Source of the DNA: a virus
Lineage: Duplodnaviria > Caudoviricetes
Reading direction: 5' to 3' (one strand)
DNA length: 27,225 nt
IMG/VR virus record: IMGVR_UViG_3300037424_000036
Span: 1 to 27,225 of that record
The notes beneath the pieces are model-generated. The model was not told where the DNA came from and ran no database searches. It was given only the letters and a program-made list of their open reading frames with translations. This document shows positions 7,028 to 16,391 of the stretch, one piece after another (position 1 is the stretch's first letter; the number at the start of each line of letters is the position of its first letter). The translations under genes and the position numbers were made by a program.

Positions 7028-10000
7028 TCACGTAAATATAATTACTTGTGGTACAAACTCTGTAGTATACGGGACTAGGACTGGAATGCAAGTAACTGTA
7101 GTTGAAACGATGTACTGCAACACTGCAACGTTATTATATTTAATGTCAACACTAACAGTAGTCGTGTAAAGATATGCTACACCCGGCTCGAGATTACGTA
7201 CTACAGAGACAGATGCTGTACACAAATTTACTTTGTTGACGTTAGTGTTGTATGCAGATGAAATCTCTGAGAGATAACTAAGTATAGGTCTAACGTCTAT
7301 CGACGAATCACTCTGGGCCTGAACAGAATACTCATGCCCCTGTAATACGTCAATATCAAACTCGTACGTTGTCCCACAAGCATAGAATAGATTGGAGTTA
7401 ACTGAAGCTTCGTGTATGTTTTCAACTAAAACTGTATAGCCCAACACAGTAGATGTTGTGGTATTAATAATAACAGAATATGACACCGAGGCTAGATAGT
7501 TAAAAATGCTATCCATACTCTTACGCAGAGAGATTAGCAGTACGGTCGTGTAAGAGCTGTATTTATTAACACTTAGTACATGTGCGCTTGCAATATTGGT
7601 GCTATAACTTAACCTGTGGGTAGCATTGTTAGTATGCGAACTTAGTATATTTGAAACGTAATTTAGTTCATATTTAGCACTTAGCAATGTAGTAATATTA
7701 TTCATGACGGCAGCCGTATAGTCATTAGTAATGCTTATAGCTACTAACTTACTAGAATATACGATTACCGTATTATTACGATTACTGTTAGCAGTTTTAG
7801 ATACAATATTGTTAGCAGCAGTTATTACATAATTACATGTTCGCGCGTACAAATAATATGCTGTAAGCAGCTGTACTATATTGATTCCTTGATTATGGTT
7901 ACTTATAGCATTCTTGAATATAACTTCATTAACAGCTATAGAGTAATCGCGCACCTTAGCTGTATATTTAGTAACAGTACCTGAAGCTGTTATTGAATAC
8001 GTAATGCCAAGAACAGTTATATGATTAGCTGTAAATAACAAAGATGAAGCGGTCAAATATGCCAATGTTAAACTACTGTTTTTATTGCATGTATTAGCTA
8101 CAGTGCATACAACGTAATGGCTAACGTTAGAATTTATATCTACTGCTTCGGTAGCACTGATTGTATATACGCTAGCCCTAGCACCTTGTCGACTTAGAAG
8201 TTGCGCAGACTCTATGCTATATGCATGTGCTGAATTAGCATTTATAAAAAGGCCAGACTCAGTAGATACCGTGCAATCAGATATACACGCAGCAACTCGG
8301 ACAAGAACCTGTGCCGACAACACAATGTAGGCATGTCTGTTAGTGACATCTTTAGTGTTAGTTTGTATTACCGCAATAGCGTAGGCTAACGCTGATACAT
8401 ATATAGTATTTGCGATAATAGTGTTAGCAACTGCTATGGTCATGTTATTTAATTTATTAGCGTTACTATATCTGGTTAAGCTACCAAGGCATAAATATGC
8501 GCACGACTTGACTACATCATGCTTTCTACTTTGAACAGCAACGGTAGTATATGCAAAAGTAGAATTAGCTATTCTGCTAGCTGACAAATTAACAGAGACC
8601 AAATATGTTAGGTTAGAACTAATTGCCATTTTACGACTATTAGTCGTGGCGATCGACATAGATTTAGACAAGTTAATACTACTGGTTGTATCCAGCGAAC
8701 AAATAGCAGTATATGATTTGCTCGTTGTGGTATTGGCTGTGTAGTCTTGAGTAACAACACAACTATATGTAAGAGATAACGGTATACTAACACCAGATAG
8801 TAGCAAAGTTGCGACTGCAATACTGTAGCTGTCTAATTTACCAGAGTTACGCGATAGCACTGTAGCAGTAGCTATTGCATAATTACGAAAATTAGAAACA
8901 ACATGTGTAAGCTCAGGAGTTGCAAGTATTGAATACATACGTGGTAAGCCAGCTATACTAGTGCGTACCAAAGTAGTACTAATAACATAATCATATTGTT
9001 TGGTAAGATCTATAACACCAGTTGATGCCACAGGTATTACATGGTTAGTTTGTTTACTAACATTTGTAGCTGCTTTGACTACTGCGGAGACTACAGAATA
9101 AGTACTAACCTTATTGTGCAATGCTACCATCGAACTAGCAGAAGCGGCTGTAATATTATGAGAGCGATATATAGATATGTTTTTGTTAACTAACTGGTCT
9201 ACAAATGTAACATCATCAAATCTTACCACGTCACCTATTACAGCATCTATAACCCCAACAGTCACAGTAAATTTAGCAGCATTAGACGGTGCAATTAAAG
9301 GAACCGCAACCAGGGTATAGACGTCAGCTGGACATACTGCCTGAAAGTACGGTGCACTGATAAAAGTCTCACTTGCTGTGTACCAAGCAATGTTAACGTA
9401 GCAAGTTCTGTCAAAACCAGTAGGTCTAAAATAGCCACCTAAAGTATAAGTGTGTGAAGGTAGAACGTAAGGAGAGCCATACATAGTGTAGCTGTTTACT
9501 GAAATTACATCATTGCTGAGAGCTGTCATTAGATGGCACTTAGTACCAGTATGCGGTGATGTACTCGAAACACTTACTGTAGCAGTAGCAGAGGAATTCC
9601 AAGTACCTATGGTCCCACCCTCGGCAGTGCTAGTATCACCAGTAATTAACTGTCTGTTGCCAGCAACGACTTCATATGAGTAACTCTTAGTCATATTGCT
9701 TGTGCCGCTATACGAAATAGCAATACTATAAACATGTAACTTGGCAAGACTTACATTTTTGGTTTGCGCAGTAGCAATACTGTAACCAAATAACTTAGTT
9801 ATTGTTGGAGTCCTAGTAGTCACTGCGGCTACGACACTGTAATTAAATGCCTTGTCTATTGCTCGAACCCTGGTAAGTGATGTAGGCACAGCATAGACAA
9901 CAAAGTCTGATTTACTTACACCACGCGCCGTGGTGTATGCAGTGTCAATTGCATACGAATATGATCTAGTTGTTTCTAGTACATTAGAAACAGGTATCAC

Positions 10001-11053
10001 GTAATTTTTATGGTCAGTTACTATATCTTTTACAAACAAAATAGAAAGACTAGCAGTAGGATTAAGTATATGTACTATTTCACGCTTCGCACCGTTACCT
10101 AATCCAAGAGATTCTTCTACAGTAGCGGCTACTGTATAGTTAAGTTCTAGGGTGTAATAAACAATGCTAGGTGTTATAGACGTAAGTTGAATAGATCTTT
10201 TGTGCCAACTACGGTAGACACCAGCTCGCACAGTATGAACTGTCCTACCAAAATACATGTGGTATGCGTAAAAAAGAGGTACCGTAGTTTGAGTAACAGG
10301 AACTGTGTACTCAAATACACGAGACACTAACTTATTATTAACAAGAGTAGATGCGGCAGTAACTCCGTAATTTAAAGTTTTCGCTGTGTTTACAGGAACT
10401 CGACCTATCCAATTCCTGTTATCCGATGCTAGATCATCTACCCATACTTCAGTATCAATATTTTGAGTAGTAGCTAAGCCAAATATGACACGGCTTATGT
10501 CAAGATTACCTAAATTCACATTTGATACAGTTAGCTCTTCTATCGGAGTAAGATCAGAAACAGAGCTATATATCCTAACGGTAACTATACCGTTAGGATT
10601 ACCTCTAAATATCTTAGCTTCTATTCTGTACCAAGAGCTAAGTGTCAAGGCAGTAGTTGAAGTACCACGTAATACAATAGAAGTGTCGTATACTTGTATT
10701 TTACGTGTAGCAGGATCTATGCCGATCCAAGCAGGTGTCGTGCCGTTAGCTGTAAGCCATCTTAGTGTCCAGGTCGGTGTGCTAGCTAACGTTTCTGCCC
10801 TAAAGTTGAACCTGGTGTAATGAGTGTCCCATGGGCCACCGACATCCCAATACAGAGAGGACCTGCCACCGCCGGTAGTGACTAACAATCTCCCGGCAAA
10901 GTTAGAGCTAGGCTCTGCCCCAGGACCTGGTACTTCATAGGTAGCAGTACCAGTTACAATCTGTGGTGTCAGTGCACTACCGCCGACATCATCAGAGTTT
11001 GCTAATGTTATATCAGTACCTGTCGGCCCTGTTTCTAAAGAGTTAGACAGCAC
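7028..11053 (-). CDS. Giant virion fibre/scaffold-like protein: lectin/LamG-like N-domain, ~18-aa Tyr-anchored repeats, inserted CBM-like domain
   Basis: 1341-aa open frame rich in Ser/Thr/Val/Ala/Tyr. N-domain is similar to 13239..13970 and the internal domain to the C-terminal part of 18913..19983. The frame stays open upstream to 11164, so the true start may be ATT at 11158. Confidence 0.7.
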   Translation of the reverse strand: MLSNSLETGPTGTDITLANSDDVGGSALTPQIVTGTATYEVPGPGAEPSSNFAGRLLVTTGGGRSSLYWDVGGPWDTHYTRFNFRAETLASTPTWTLRWLTANGTTPAWIGIDPATRKIQVYDTSIVLRGTSTTALTLSSWYRIEAKIFRGNPNGIVTVRIYSSVSDLTPIEELTVSNVNLGNLDISRVIFGLATTQNIDTEVWVDDLASDNRNWIGRVPVNTAKTLNYGVTAASTLVNNKLVSRVFEYTVPVTQTTVPLFYAYHMYFGRTVHTVRAGVYRSWHKRSIQLTSITPSIVYYTLELNYTVAATVEESLGLGNGAKREIVHILNPTASLSILFVKDIVTDHKNYVIPVSNVLETTRSYSYAIDTAYTTARGVSKSDFVVYAVPTSLTRVRAIDKAFNYSVVAAVTTRTPTITKLFGYSIATAQTKNVSLAKLHVYSIAISYSGTSNMTKSYSYEVVAGNRQLITGDTSTAEGGTIGTWNSSATATVSVSSTSPHTGTKCHLMTALSNDVISVNSYTMYGSPYVLPSHTYTLGGYFRPTGFDRTCYVNIAWYTASETFISAPYFQAVCPADVYTLVAVPLIAPSNAAKFTVTVGVIDAVIGDVVRFDDVTFVDQLVNKNISIYRSHNITAASASSMVALHNKVSTYSVVSAVVKAATNVSKQTNHVIPVASTGVIDLTKQYDYVISTTLVRTSIAGLPRMYSILATPELTHVVSNFRNYAIATATVLSRNSGKLDSYSIAVATLLLSGVSIPLSLTYSCVVTQDYTANTTTSKSYTAICSLDTTSSINLSKSMSIATTNSRKMAISSNLTYLVSVNLSASRIANSTFAYTTVAVQSRKHDVVKSCAYLCLGSLTRYSNANKLNNMTIAVANTIIANTIYVSALAYAIAVIQTNTKDVTNRHAYIVLSAQVLVRVAACISDCTVSTESGLFINANSAHAYSIESAQLLSRQGARASVYTISATEAVDINSNVSHYVVCTVANTCNKNSSLTLAYLTASSLLFTANHITVLGITYSITASGTVTKYTAKVRDYSIAVNEVIFKNAISNHNQGINIVQLLTAYYLYARTCNYVITAANNIVSKTANSNRNNTVIVYSSKLVAISITNDYTAAVMNNITTLLSAKYELNYVSNILSSHTNNATHRLSYSTNIASAHVLSVNKYSSYTTVLLISLRKSMDSIFNYLASVSYSVIINTTTSTVLGYTVLVENIHEASVNSNLFYACGTTYEFDIDVLQGHEYSVQAQSDSSIDVRPILSYLSEISSAYNTNVNKVNLCTASVSVVRNLEPGVAYLYTTTVSVDIKYNNVAVLQYIVSTTVTCIPVLVPYTTEFVPQVIIFT
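7060..10380 (-). repeat. Degenerate protein-level tandem repeat, ~18 aa (occasionally 19-20), roughly 50 units, interrupted at ~9195-9658
   Basis: Manual phasing: KLFGYSIATAQTKNVSLA / KLHVYSIAISYSGTSNMT / KQYDYVISTTLVRTSIAG / LPRMYSILATPELTHVVS / NFRNYAIATATVLSRNSG / SAHAYSIESAQLLSRQGA / KVRDYSIAVNEVIFKNAI. No obvious DNA-level repeat. Confidence 0.8.
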
Positions 11054-11171
11054 AGTGTCAGCGATATCGGCAGAGTCAGCAGCAAGAGTAGTGTTTTTAA
11101 CAAAATTCTGCTGCCAACCTTGCCGGTATATCGCGTTCTGTGCTGCCGCGTACTGAATTTTAAGTCACCCC

Positions 11172-11627
11172 CTACCCTATTTCTCTGAAGATAATACCGT
11201 AGTCATACGTGATGTTTGTCGGAGCTATCGGGAACTTGAGTCCCAAAATACCACCGCCAGTGACGACTATTCTTTCTTCCGGAACAGGAAGATAGAGCCA
11301 TCCGTTAAGGACGTTGAAGCCTTCTCTGACTATCACGTCTGTATCTGTACCCTCGGCAGTAGCAGTACGCCCGGTAGCAGCGGTACCCCCTACCGCAGCA
11401 GCAGCACCCGTGTTAGGTTCAACAATGAGTGGTGTAAGTGAAGTCACTGTAGCTGCCGCTGATTTTCTGTTCAGTTGAATAGCAGTCTGAGCACTTACGG
11501 TAGATGACTCCTGAGTCACCCACGCTCTGACAATTTCTAATGAAGTAGCAGCACCGGCCTTTATTTGAAGAATGGTAATAGCAGTGGACACTGCCCTCGA
11601 ATCATTTATAACATAAACTCTCGACAT
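11172..11627 (-). CDS. Hypothetical virion structural protein (beta-rich)
   Basis: About 151 aa, Ala/Thr/Val-rich, containing FNVLNGWLYLPVPEERIVV; lies within the fibre block. Start is ATG 11627 or GTG 11636. Confidence 0.55.
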   Translation of the reverse strand: MSRVYVINDSRAVSTAITILQIKAGAATSLEIVRAWVTQESSTVSAQTAIQLNRKSAAATVTSLTPLIVEPNTGAAAAVGGTAATGRTATAEGTDTDVIVREGFNVLNGWLYLPVPEERIVVTGGGILGLKFPIAPTNITYDYGIIFREIG

Positions 11628-11646
11628 TTTCTCCACTCACCGTCTG

Positions 11647-12030
11647 TTAGGAAGTAGTGAACAAGATATTGAACGTGAATGTAATCGAGTCGTTAGCAGC
11701 AAGGTTGATAACAGCAAAGTCACTGTGGACAAATAACGAGCCCGACGTCGAGGCAGTCAACAGGCCAGCGTTAGCAATGGCACGCGTTGCCGTAGCAGTC
11801 ACAGTCCCGACCACTCTGTAGGTGTCGTTAGTGACAGCAGGGGCGGCCGAAGTCTGCTGCGAGCTAGTACCTAGGGTACGGGTTTCTACTTCAGTTTGGA
11901 TCACAGTGTCCGTAACGGCGGCCGTTGTGACACCGGTGCCCATGGCAACATAAGCCGGCTCAGCAATACCGACTCCCTTAATCCTGTTAGTGACAATTCC
12001 AAGACCAACGTTAGTAACCTTATCAGCCAT
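11647..12030 (-). CDS. Small virion structural protein of the tail-fibre N-terminal/attachment-like family
   Basis: YVAMGTG.T.A...DT....E, NDT....T, AI.NAGL..AST.G.L and F.VINL...DSITFTF pattern; SD AGGAG. Confidence 0.65.
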   Translation of the reverse strand: MADKVTNVGLGIVTNRIKGVGIAEPAYVAMGTGVTTAAVTDTVIQTEVETRTLGTSSQQTSAAPAVTNDTYRVVGTVTATATRAIANAGLLTASTSGSLFVHSDFAVINLAANDSITFTFNILFTTS

Positions 12031-12208
12031 TTTGAATTACTCCTAATTCTTCTGCGCTTTTATATGTGTCTAACTTCTGTAGTTCTTTGAACCACTCTGG
12101 TAAGGCGTCTTTATTCGCACTAATAACACCTAAGTCTACTACAGTTCCGTCAGCACGGGTAATCTTTGCCTCAAGAACTATGTCAGCACCTATTTTAGCT
12201 TCTTGCAC
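12023..12208 (-). CDS. Small hypothetical protein (61 aa), possible partner of 11647..12030
   Basis: SD AGGAG with GTG start; beta-hairpin-like LEAKITRADGTVVDLGVI; overlaps the next gene by 8 nt. Confidence 0.6.
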   Translation of the reverse strand: MQEAKIGADIVLEAKITRADGTVVDLGVISANKDALPEWFKELQKLDTYKSAEELGVIQNG

Positions 12209-12216
12209 TTCAGCTC

Positions 12217-12681
12217 CTAACTAAATCGCAGAATTACACCAAGGCCCTTGGCGCCTGTACCAGCAAAATCTACGTCTATAGATATAAGGTCACCTAGAGA
12301 CACGTTGTCAGTGTTAAGATTAATAACCCGTACTACAGCAGCAGTATACGAAGTGAACTCACCCTCGTCAATTGTAACTCGTGTAGACAGCATATCTACA
12401 TTAGATTTAGTTATATTTCTGACTTGGACAGTTGGGGTACCACTAGTAGACGCTGTGGTGACATAAGCCTGTGCGTCTACCAGATTCATACCGTCGAACT
12501 CTGTAGGAATAGCAAAAATAAGTTTGTTGTCACCAACGACAACATCCTGGTTGTCTCCTACTACCTTAGGTTGCATAGTTCTAAATATAGGCACGGGCAA
12601 TGGCGTAGTAACAATAACCTGAGCCGTGGGCGCAGAGCTGACAATCATACTCGTTGTGGGTGATACAACAATACCGCTCAT
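12217..12681 (-). CDS. Putative fibre-tip/jelly-roll-like virion protein
   Basis: A.V.TA.T.G..TV.V and LGDLISIDVD.AGTGAKGL.V.L pattern, as seen at the C-termini of phage fibre proteins. Confidence 0.55.
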   Translation of the reverse strand: MSGIVVSPTTSMIVSSAPTAQVIVTTPLPVPIFRTMQPKVVGDNQDVVVGDNKLIFAIPTEFDGMNLVDAQAYVTTASTSGTPTVQVRNITKSNVDMLSTRVTIDEGEFTSYTAAVVRVINLNTDNVSLGDLISIDVDFAGTGAKGLGVILRFS

Positions 12682-12691
12682 ATGTTCACCG

Positions 12692-13228
12692 TCACCTAGT
12701 CGACTCTACGCTGAGCACCCATTTACCTCGCGAAATCCTATTGACCACTATAGGGCTAGAAGTGTCGTATAGCTCAAGGTCGTACACACCACTTAGACCA
12801 CCAGACCAAGTGGGGTCTAGGCCAGTGGTCTGAGCGGCAGTCATACGGATGGTAATGCTACCATGAACACCCCCCAAATCAACACCAGTTCCTGCTACCA
12901 CAGGGGAAGTGAGCGTAAAAACCGGGGTAGCACTGGCATAGGTACGCCGAAACGCCATCCTAGCCGACCAACCAGTTATGTCAGTAGGAGTCACGTTGCT
13001 CCAAGCAGTACCAGTCCAACGTGACCACCTAGAGGAAAACAACCCGCCAGCGTCGTACCACAGATCTCCTTTGACATTGCCAGAGGTAGGACGTGATCCA
13101 ATCGCATCTTGACCTAATAACTCAGCGTAGGGTGCTATCACAAAAGTGGTAGGCGGCGGCAGCATGAAAAACACTAGCTGAAATGTAGCACCTTGCTCTA
13201 TAGCAATATCGTAGGTAACTGAACTCAT
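12692..13228 (-). CDS. Ig-like fibre-attachment/collar protein (LtfC/BppU-like) with an inserted GDLW..W motif
   Basis: YDIAIEQGATF...DITGWSARM..R...G.ITI.MTAAQT..L...GVYDLEL...RISRG......TR. Start moved to ATG 13228 (SD AGGAGGT). Confidence 0.65.
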   Translation of the reverse strand: MSSVTYDIAIEQGATFQLVFFMLPPPTTFVIAPYAELLGQDAIGSRPTSGNVKGDLWYDAGGLFSSRWSRWTGTAWSNVTPTDITGWSARMAFRRTYASATPVFTLTSPVVAGTGVDLGGVHGSITIRMTAAQTTGLDPTWSGGLSGVYDLELYDTSSPIVVNRISRGKWVLSVESTR

Positions 13229-13238
13229 ATTCCACCTC

Positions 13239-13970
13239 CTACATTCTGTAAACAGCTTGCCGGTTGACAAACTTTTCTCTGCCAAGCTTGTCCATAGGAT
13301 GCACAGGGCCAATCCAATTATCACTGACTATGGCTATGTCGTCGTACAGTAGTTCAGTAGTATTCGATCCTAGCTGTAGCCCTACAAAAGCCCTGCCTAC
13401 GTCGTCGACAGTGTTAGTGTTTATTGATGCTCCCGTATCCACTGTTTCTACCGGGGTGAGCCCCTCGACAGTTGAGTATATTCGACATATTATCTGGCCG
13501 ACAGTAGTACTAGCGAATAGATATGTTTCAAGACGGTACCATGTGTTAACCGTAAGCGCTGTGCTTGACGTAGTTTGAACTACAAAAGCGCTGTCTGTGA
13601 GTATTACATTGCCAGAAGAGTTTAAACCGAGCCAACCTTTGGTCGCATTACCGGCAGTGTTGAGAAATCTAGTAATATATATACTGCCAGTACCTCGGAC
13701 GACCTGATTGATATACATCCTTGTGTACAACGCTGGATACGGAGCACCTGTTATAGAAGACCATATACCGTAACCGCTGGCAGAACCGGCAGTAGCCACG
13801 GCTCTAGCGGCGAGACCGGTACCACTCCTGGTATTAGTTGTGTAAGTAAGCGTAGCATTAGTAATTGTAACAGTGTCAAGTGTCGTGCCGCTGTCACCGT
13901 CGTCGCTATTAGCAGTGGTAATAGTGGCAGTGTCGGTACCACCGTTGAATGAATTATAGAGAGCGACCAT
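13239..13970 (-). CDS. Lectin/LamG-like beta-sandwich virion protein
   Basis: 243 aa with TALT.NTWYRLE and YDDIAI...WIGP; paralogous to the N-domain of the giant protein; SD GAGGAG. Confidence 0.6.
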   Translation of the reverse strand: MVALYNSFNGGTDTATITTANSDDGDSGTTLDTVTITNATLTYTTNTRSGTGLAARAVATAGSASGYGIWSSITGAPYPALYTRMYINQVVRGTGSIYITRFLNTAGNATKGWLGLNSSGNVILTDSAFVVQTTSSTALTVNTWYRLETYLFASTTVGQIICRIYSTVEGLTPVETVDTGASINTNTVDDVGRAFVGLQLGSNTTELLYDDIAIVSDNWIGPVHPMDKLGREKFVNRQAVYRM

Positions 13971-13988
13971 TTTTAAATAACACTCCTC

Positions 13989-16391
13989 TCACGCAGTAGA
14001 AACTACAGGTTCACGGTTAAAGGTAACCTTAAATACCATGTCAGAAGTAAGTACAAAAGGTCCCGCACCCATTCTTACTATTATGAGAGCAGTGTTAGCA
14101 GTACTAGCGTTGTTATCTCTGGCGTGGATACCCTGTAATTGAGTTGTAAGCCCACCGACAGTAGCGATGTCAACAGTAACGGTTGTCGTACCAGTACATA
14201 ACAAACTTCTTACATAAAATGTATTGAGACCAGCTACCAAGTTTGTCCCAGATGGTATTCTTAACCATGCTGCACCGGCATAATTTGTCAGTGCTGCACT
14301 AGCCGATGCTGTATGAACTATTCCGTACGGCACTGCGGCAGTGCCTAGTGGAACAGAGCCAGCACCTGATATAGCTGTGCTTGTTCCGCTACCCTGGTAT
14401 ACATTGTTAATACTATAGATGTTACCACCGTCGTACGTACCAGGAAACACAGGCTGAGCATCCGGGAATGACGCGCCTATCACAACAACAGGTGATAAGC
14501 CACCACCGACACCAGCGTCTATGGTAAAACCATTTGTCTTACCAGTTTTAAAGTATCCACCTATAATAATAAGTGCGGATCGTCCCGGCCAACGTATACC
14601 TATACCGTCATGAGAACCAGGAGCGCCAAGTTCAGTTAATGTGTTAACAATACACCCTATCAAGGTACAGGGAGAGGACGAGGCGCTGCCGCCTGGTCCA
14701 AGCAGTAAATACCCACCCCCTTCCATAAAACAAGCAACAAGGGTGTGTTGGCGAGTATTACTAAGTCTCAAGGCAGGAGTGTGGTCACCAGTAGCATTAG
14801 AACCAAAAGAGCAACCAAACATATCAAACTGACCAGAAGAAGTACCGTCAAACAATTCGTCAACTGCTATGTCATTACTTGCGAAAGCACAACTATAAAA
14901 AGTATGATTGACCGCTTGAGACCACTCGAACGACACACCTGTTCCACAACTTTGAAAAACACAATCTTTCCAGCTAGTTAAGTCAGCCTGTAGATGCCCC
15001 TTACCAACTCTTACCCCTTTGTCAGTGCAATTATAAACGCCTACGCGCTCAAACCAACACCTAGAAGTGGTTATACCAGTTGTTATAGGGCCACCATAAT
15101 CTATACCTATAGCTGCTACATTCATTCCGTCAAGTTCAAAATCTGTGAACGGGCTAGATCTTATATTGTTTATTTCAATCATAGTACCGCCAGCGGCACC
15201 ACCCCAAAAAATTCTAGCCCCAGCGGTGAAAGAGCTACCGATAGACATGCCAGGACTACCAATTATCCCAGGGCAACCGACTGCACCATTAACTTGTACG
15301 GTACTGTCAATTCTATAATTACCAGGTGGCAGGTATCCAGAAGTCTTCGCTACTTTCGCAGCGGCCATCCATGCATTTAATGCAGATGCACTGTCAGCAA
15401 CACCCGTAGGGTCTGCTCCATGATCTGTCACTGCATTAGGCAAGTCACCAAGTGAAGAGTTAGCATCGACATATGATTTATTGGCAGCTTGAGTTGATGT
15501 CGTCGGGGTAGGCACTATCGGAGATGACGAGAATGTTTTAATCCCCGCAACTGTTTCATTACCGGTTAAATGTACTGCGGTTGGAGTAGTTGGCGAAGTT
15601 GCAGTCCCACCTAAATCATTAGCTAATTGAACAATACCTTTAACAATAGTTGAAGCGTCAGGTGGTACTACACTGTCGGCATATGCTTTGTTAGCGACTT
15701 GCGTGCTGGTAGTAGGGGTAGGTACCGTAGGAGAAGAGGTAAATGCTTTTATTCCTGCAACCGTCTCGTTGCCTGACACGTGCACCGCAGTGGGAGTAGC
15801 GGGAGAGTCGGCGGTGCCACCTAACGCACCCGTGAGCTTTAAGATCCCTTTTACAGCAGACGTAGCGTCTGGTGAACCTGAAATAGCCACCCCGTCCACA
15901 TAAGCTTTCGTGGTGGCTTGTGACGCAGTTGTAGGAGTGGGTACTATAGGAGAGACGCTAAATGTTTTAATCCCTGCAATAGTCTCGTCACCTGTTTTAT
16001 GTACGGCAGTAGCGTCACTTGTTGAAAGGTATGTGGGGCCTGTAGAGGCCGCGCCATCTATTAATACTGTACTTAGGTCAAAGCTAGTAGATACAAATGC
16101 ATAAGGTATTTGTATGTTTTCAAACGTTCGCCCCCCTTGAATATTCTCAACCACTCTATAAGTAATTATATTAGGGAGAATATCGGGGTCGTCACTAGCT
16201 GGAATAGGAATTGACAATATTCCACTTGCATCAAGATTGCCTATATATACTTTAGGCATCAATATCTTTTTGCCAGGAACGTCAATAGCAATCAGTAAAG
16301 GTGTAAATTGCACTGAGCCAGCCATAGGATTACCGTCGAAATCGACATACTGCGCAGTAACAGTAACCTTGTTAAGGTTAGTAGCAACCAT
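13989..16391 (-). CDS. Spike/fibre protein with right-handed beta-helix (pectate-lyase-3-like) domain, putative depolymerase
   Basis: N-terminal adapter domain, stem repeats (G.ET.AG.KTF..SP.VPTPT...A.K.YVD; DA....KGI..L), then NAVTDHGADPTGVADSASALN...YLPPGNYRI and a beta-helix-like Asn/Cys/Phe ladder. SD AGGAGGTG. Confidence 0.8.
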   Translation of the reverse strand: MVATNLNKVTVTAQYVDFDGNPMAGSVQFTPLLIAIDVPGKKILMPKVYIGNLDASGILSIPIPASDDPDILPNIITYRVVENIQGGRTFENIQIPYAFVSTSFDLSTVLIDGAASTGPTYLSTSDATAVHKTGDETIAGIKTFSVSPIVPTPTTASQATTKAYVDGVAISGSPDATSAVKGILKLTGALGGTADSPATPTAVHVSGNETVAGIKAFTSSPTVPTPTTSTQVANKAYADSVVPPDASTIVKGIVQLANDLGGTATSPTTPTAVHLTGNETVAGIKTFSSSPIVPTPTTSTQAANKSYVDANSSLGDLPNAVTDHGADPTGVADSASALNAWMAAAKVAKTSGYLPPGNYRIDSTVQVNGAVGCPGIIGSPGMSIGSSFTAGARIFWGGAAGGTMIEINNIRSSPFTDFELDGMNVAAIGIDYGGPITTGITTSRCWFERVGVYNCTDKGVRVGKGHLQADLTSWKDCVFQSCGTGVSFEWSQAVNHTFYSCAFASNDIAVDELFDGTSSGQFDMFGCSFGSNATGDHTPALRLSNTRQHTLVACFMEGGGYLLLGPGGSASSSPCTLIGCIVNTLTELGAPGSHDGIGIRWPGRSALIIIGGYFKTGKTNGFTIDAGVGGGLSPVVVIGASFPDAQPVFPGTYDGGNIYSINNVYQGSGTSTAISGAGSVPLGTAAVPYGIVHTASASAALTNYAGAAWLRIPSGTNLVAGLNTFYVRSLLCTGTTTVTVDIATVGGLTTQLQGIHARDNNASTANTALIIVRMGAGPFVLTSDMVFKVTFNREPVVSTA

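Noticed and set aside
7028-11053. Tail tape measure protein call for the giant ORF
   Set aside because: Composition is beta-type (Thr/Val/Ser/Tyr) rather than Ala/Gly/Leu helical, and no tail tube or assembly chaperone genes are adjacent.
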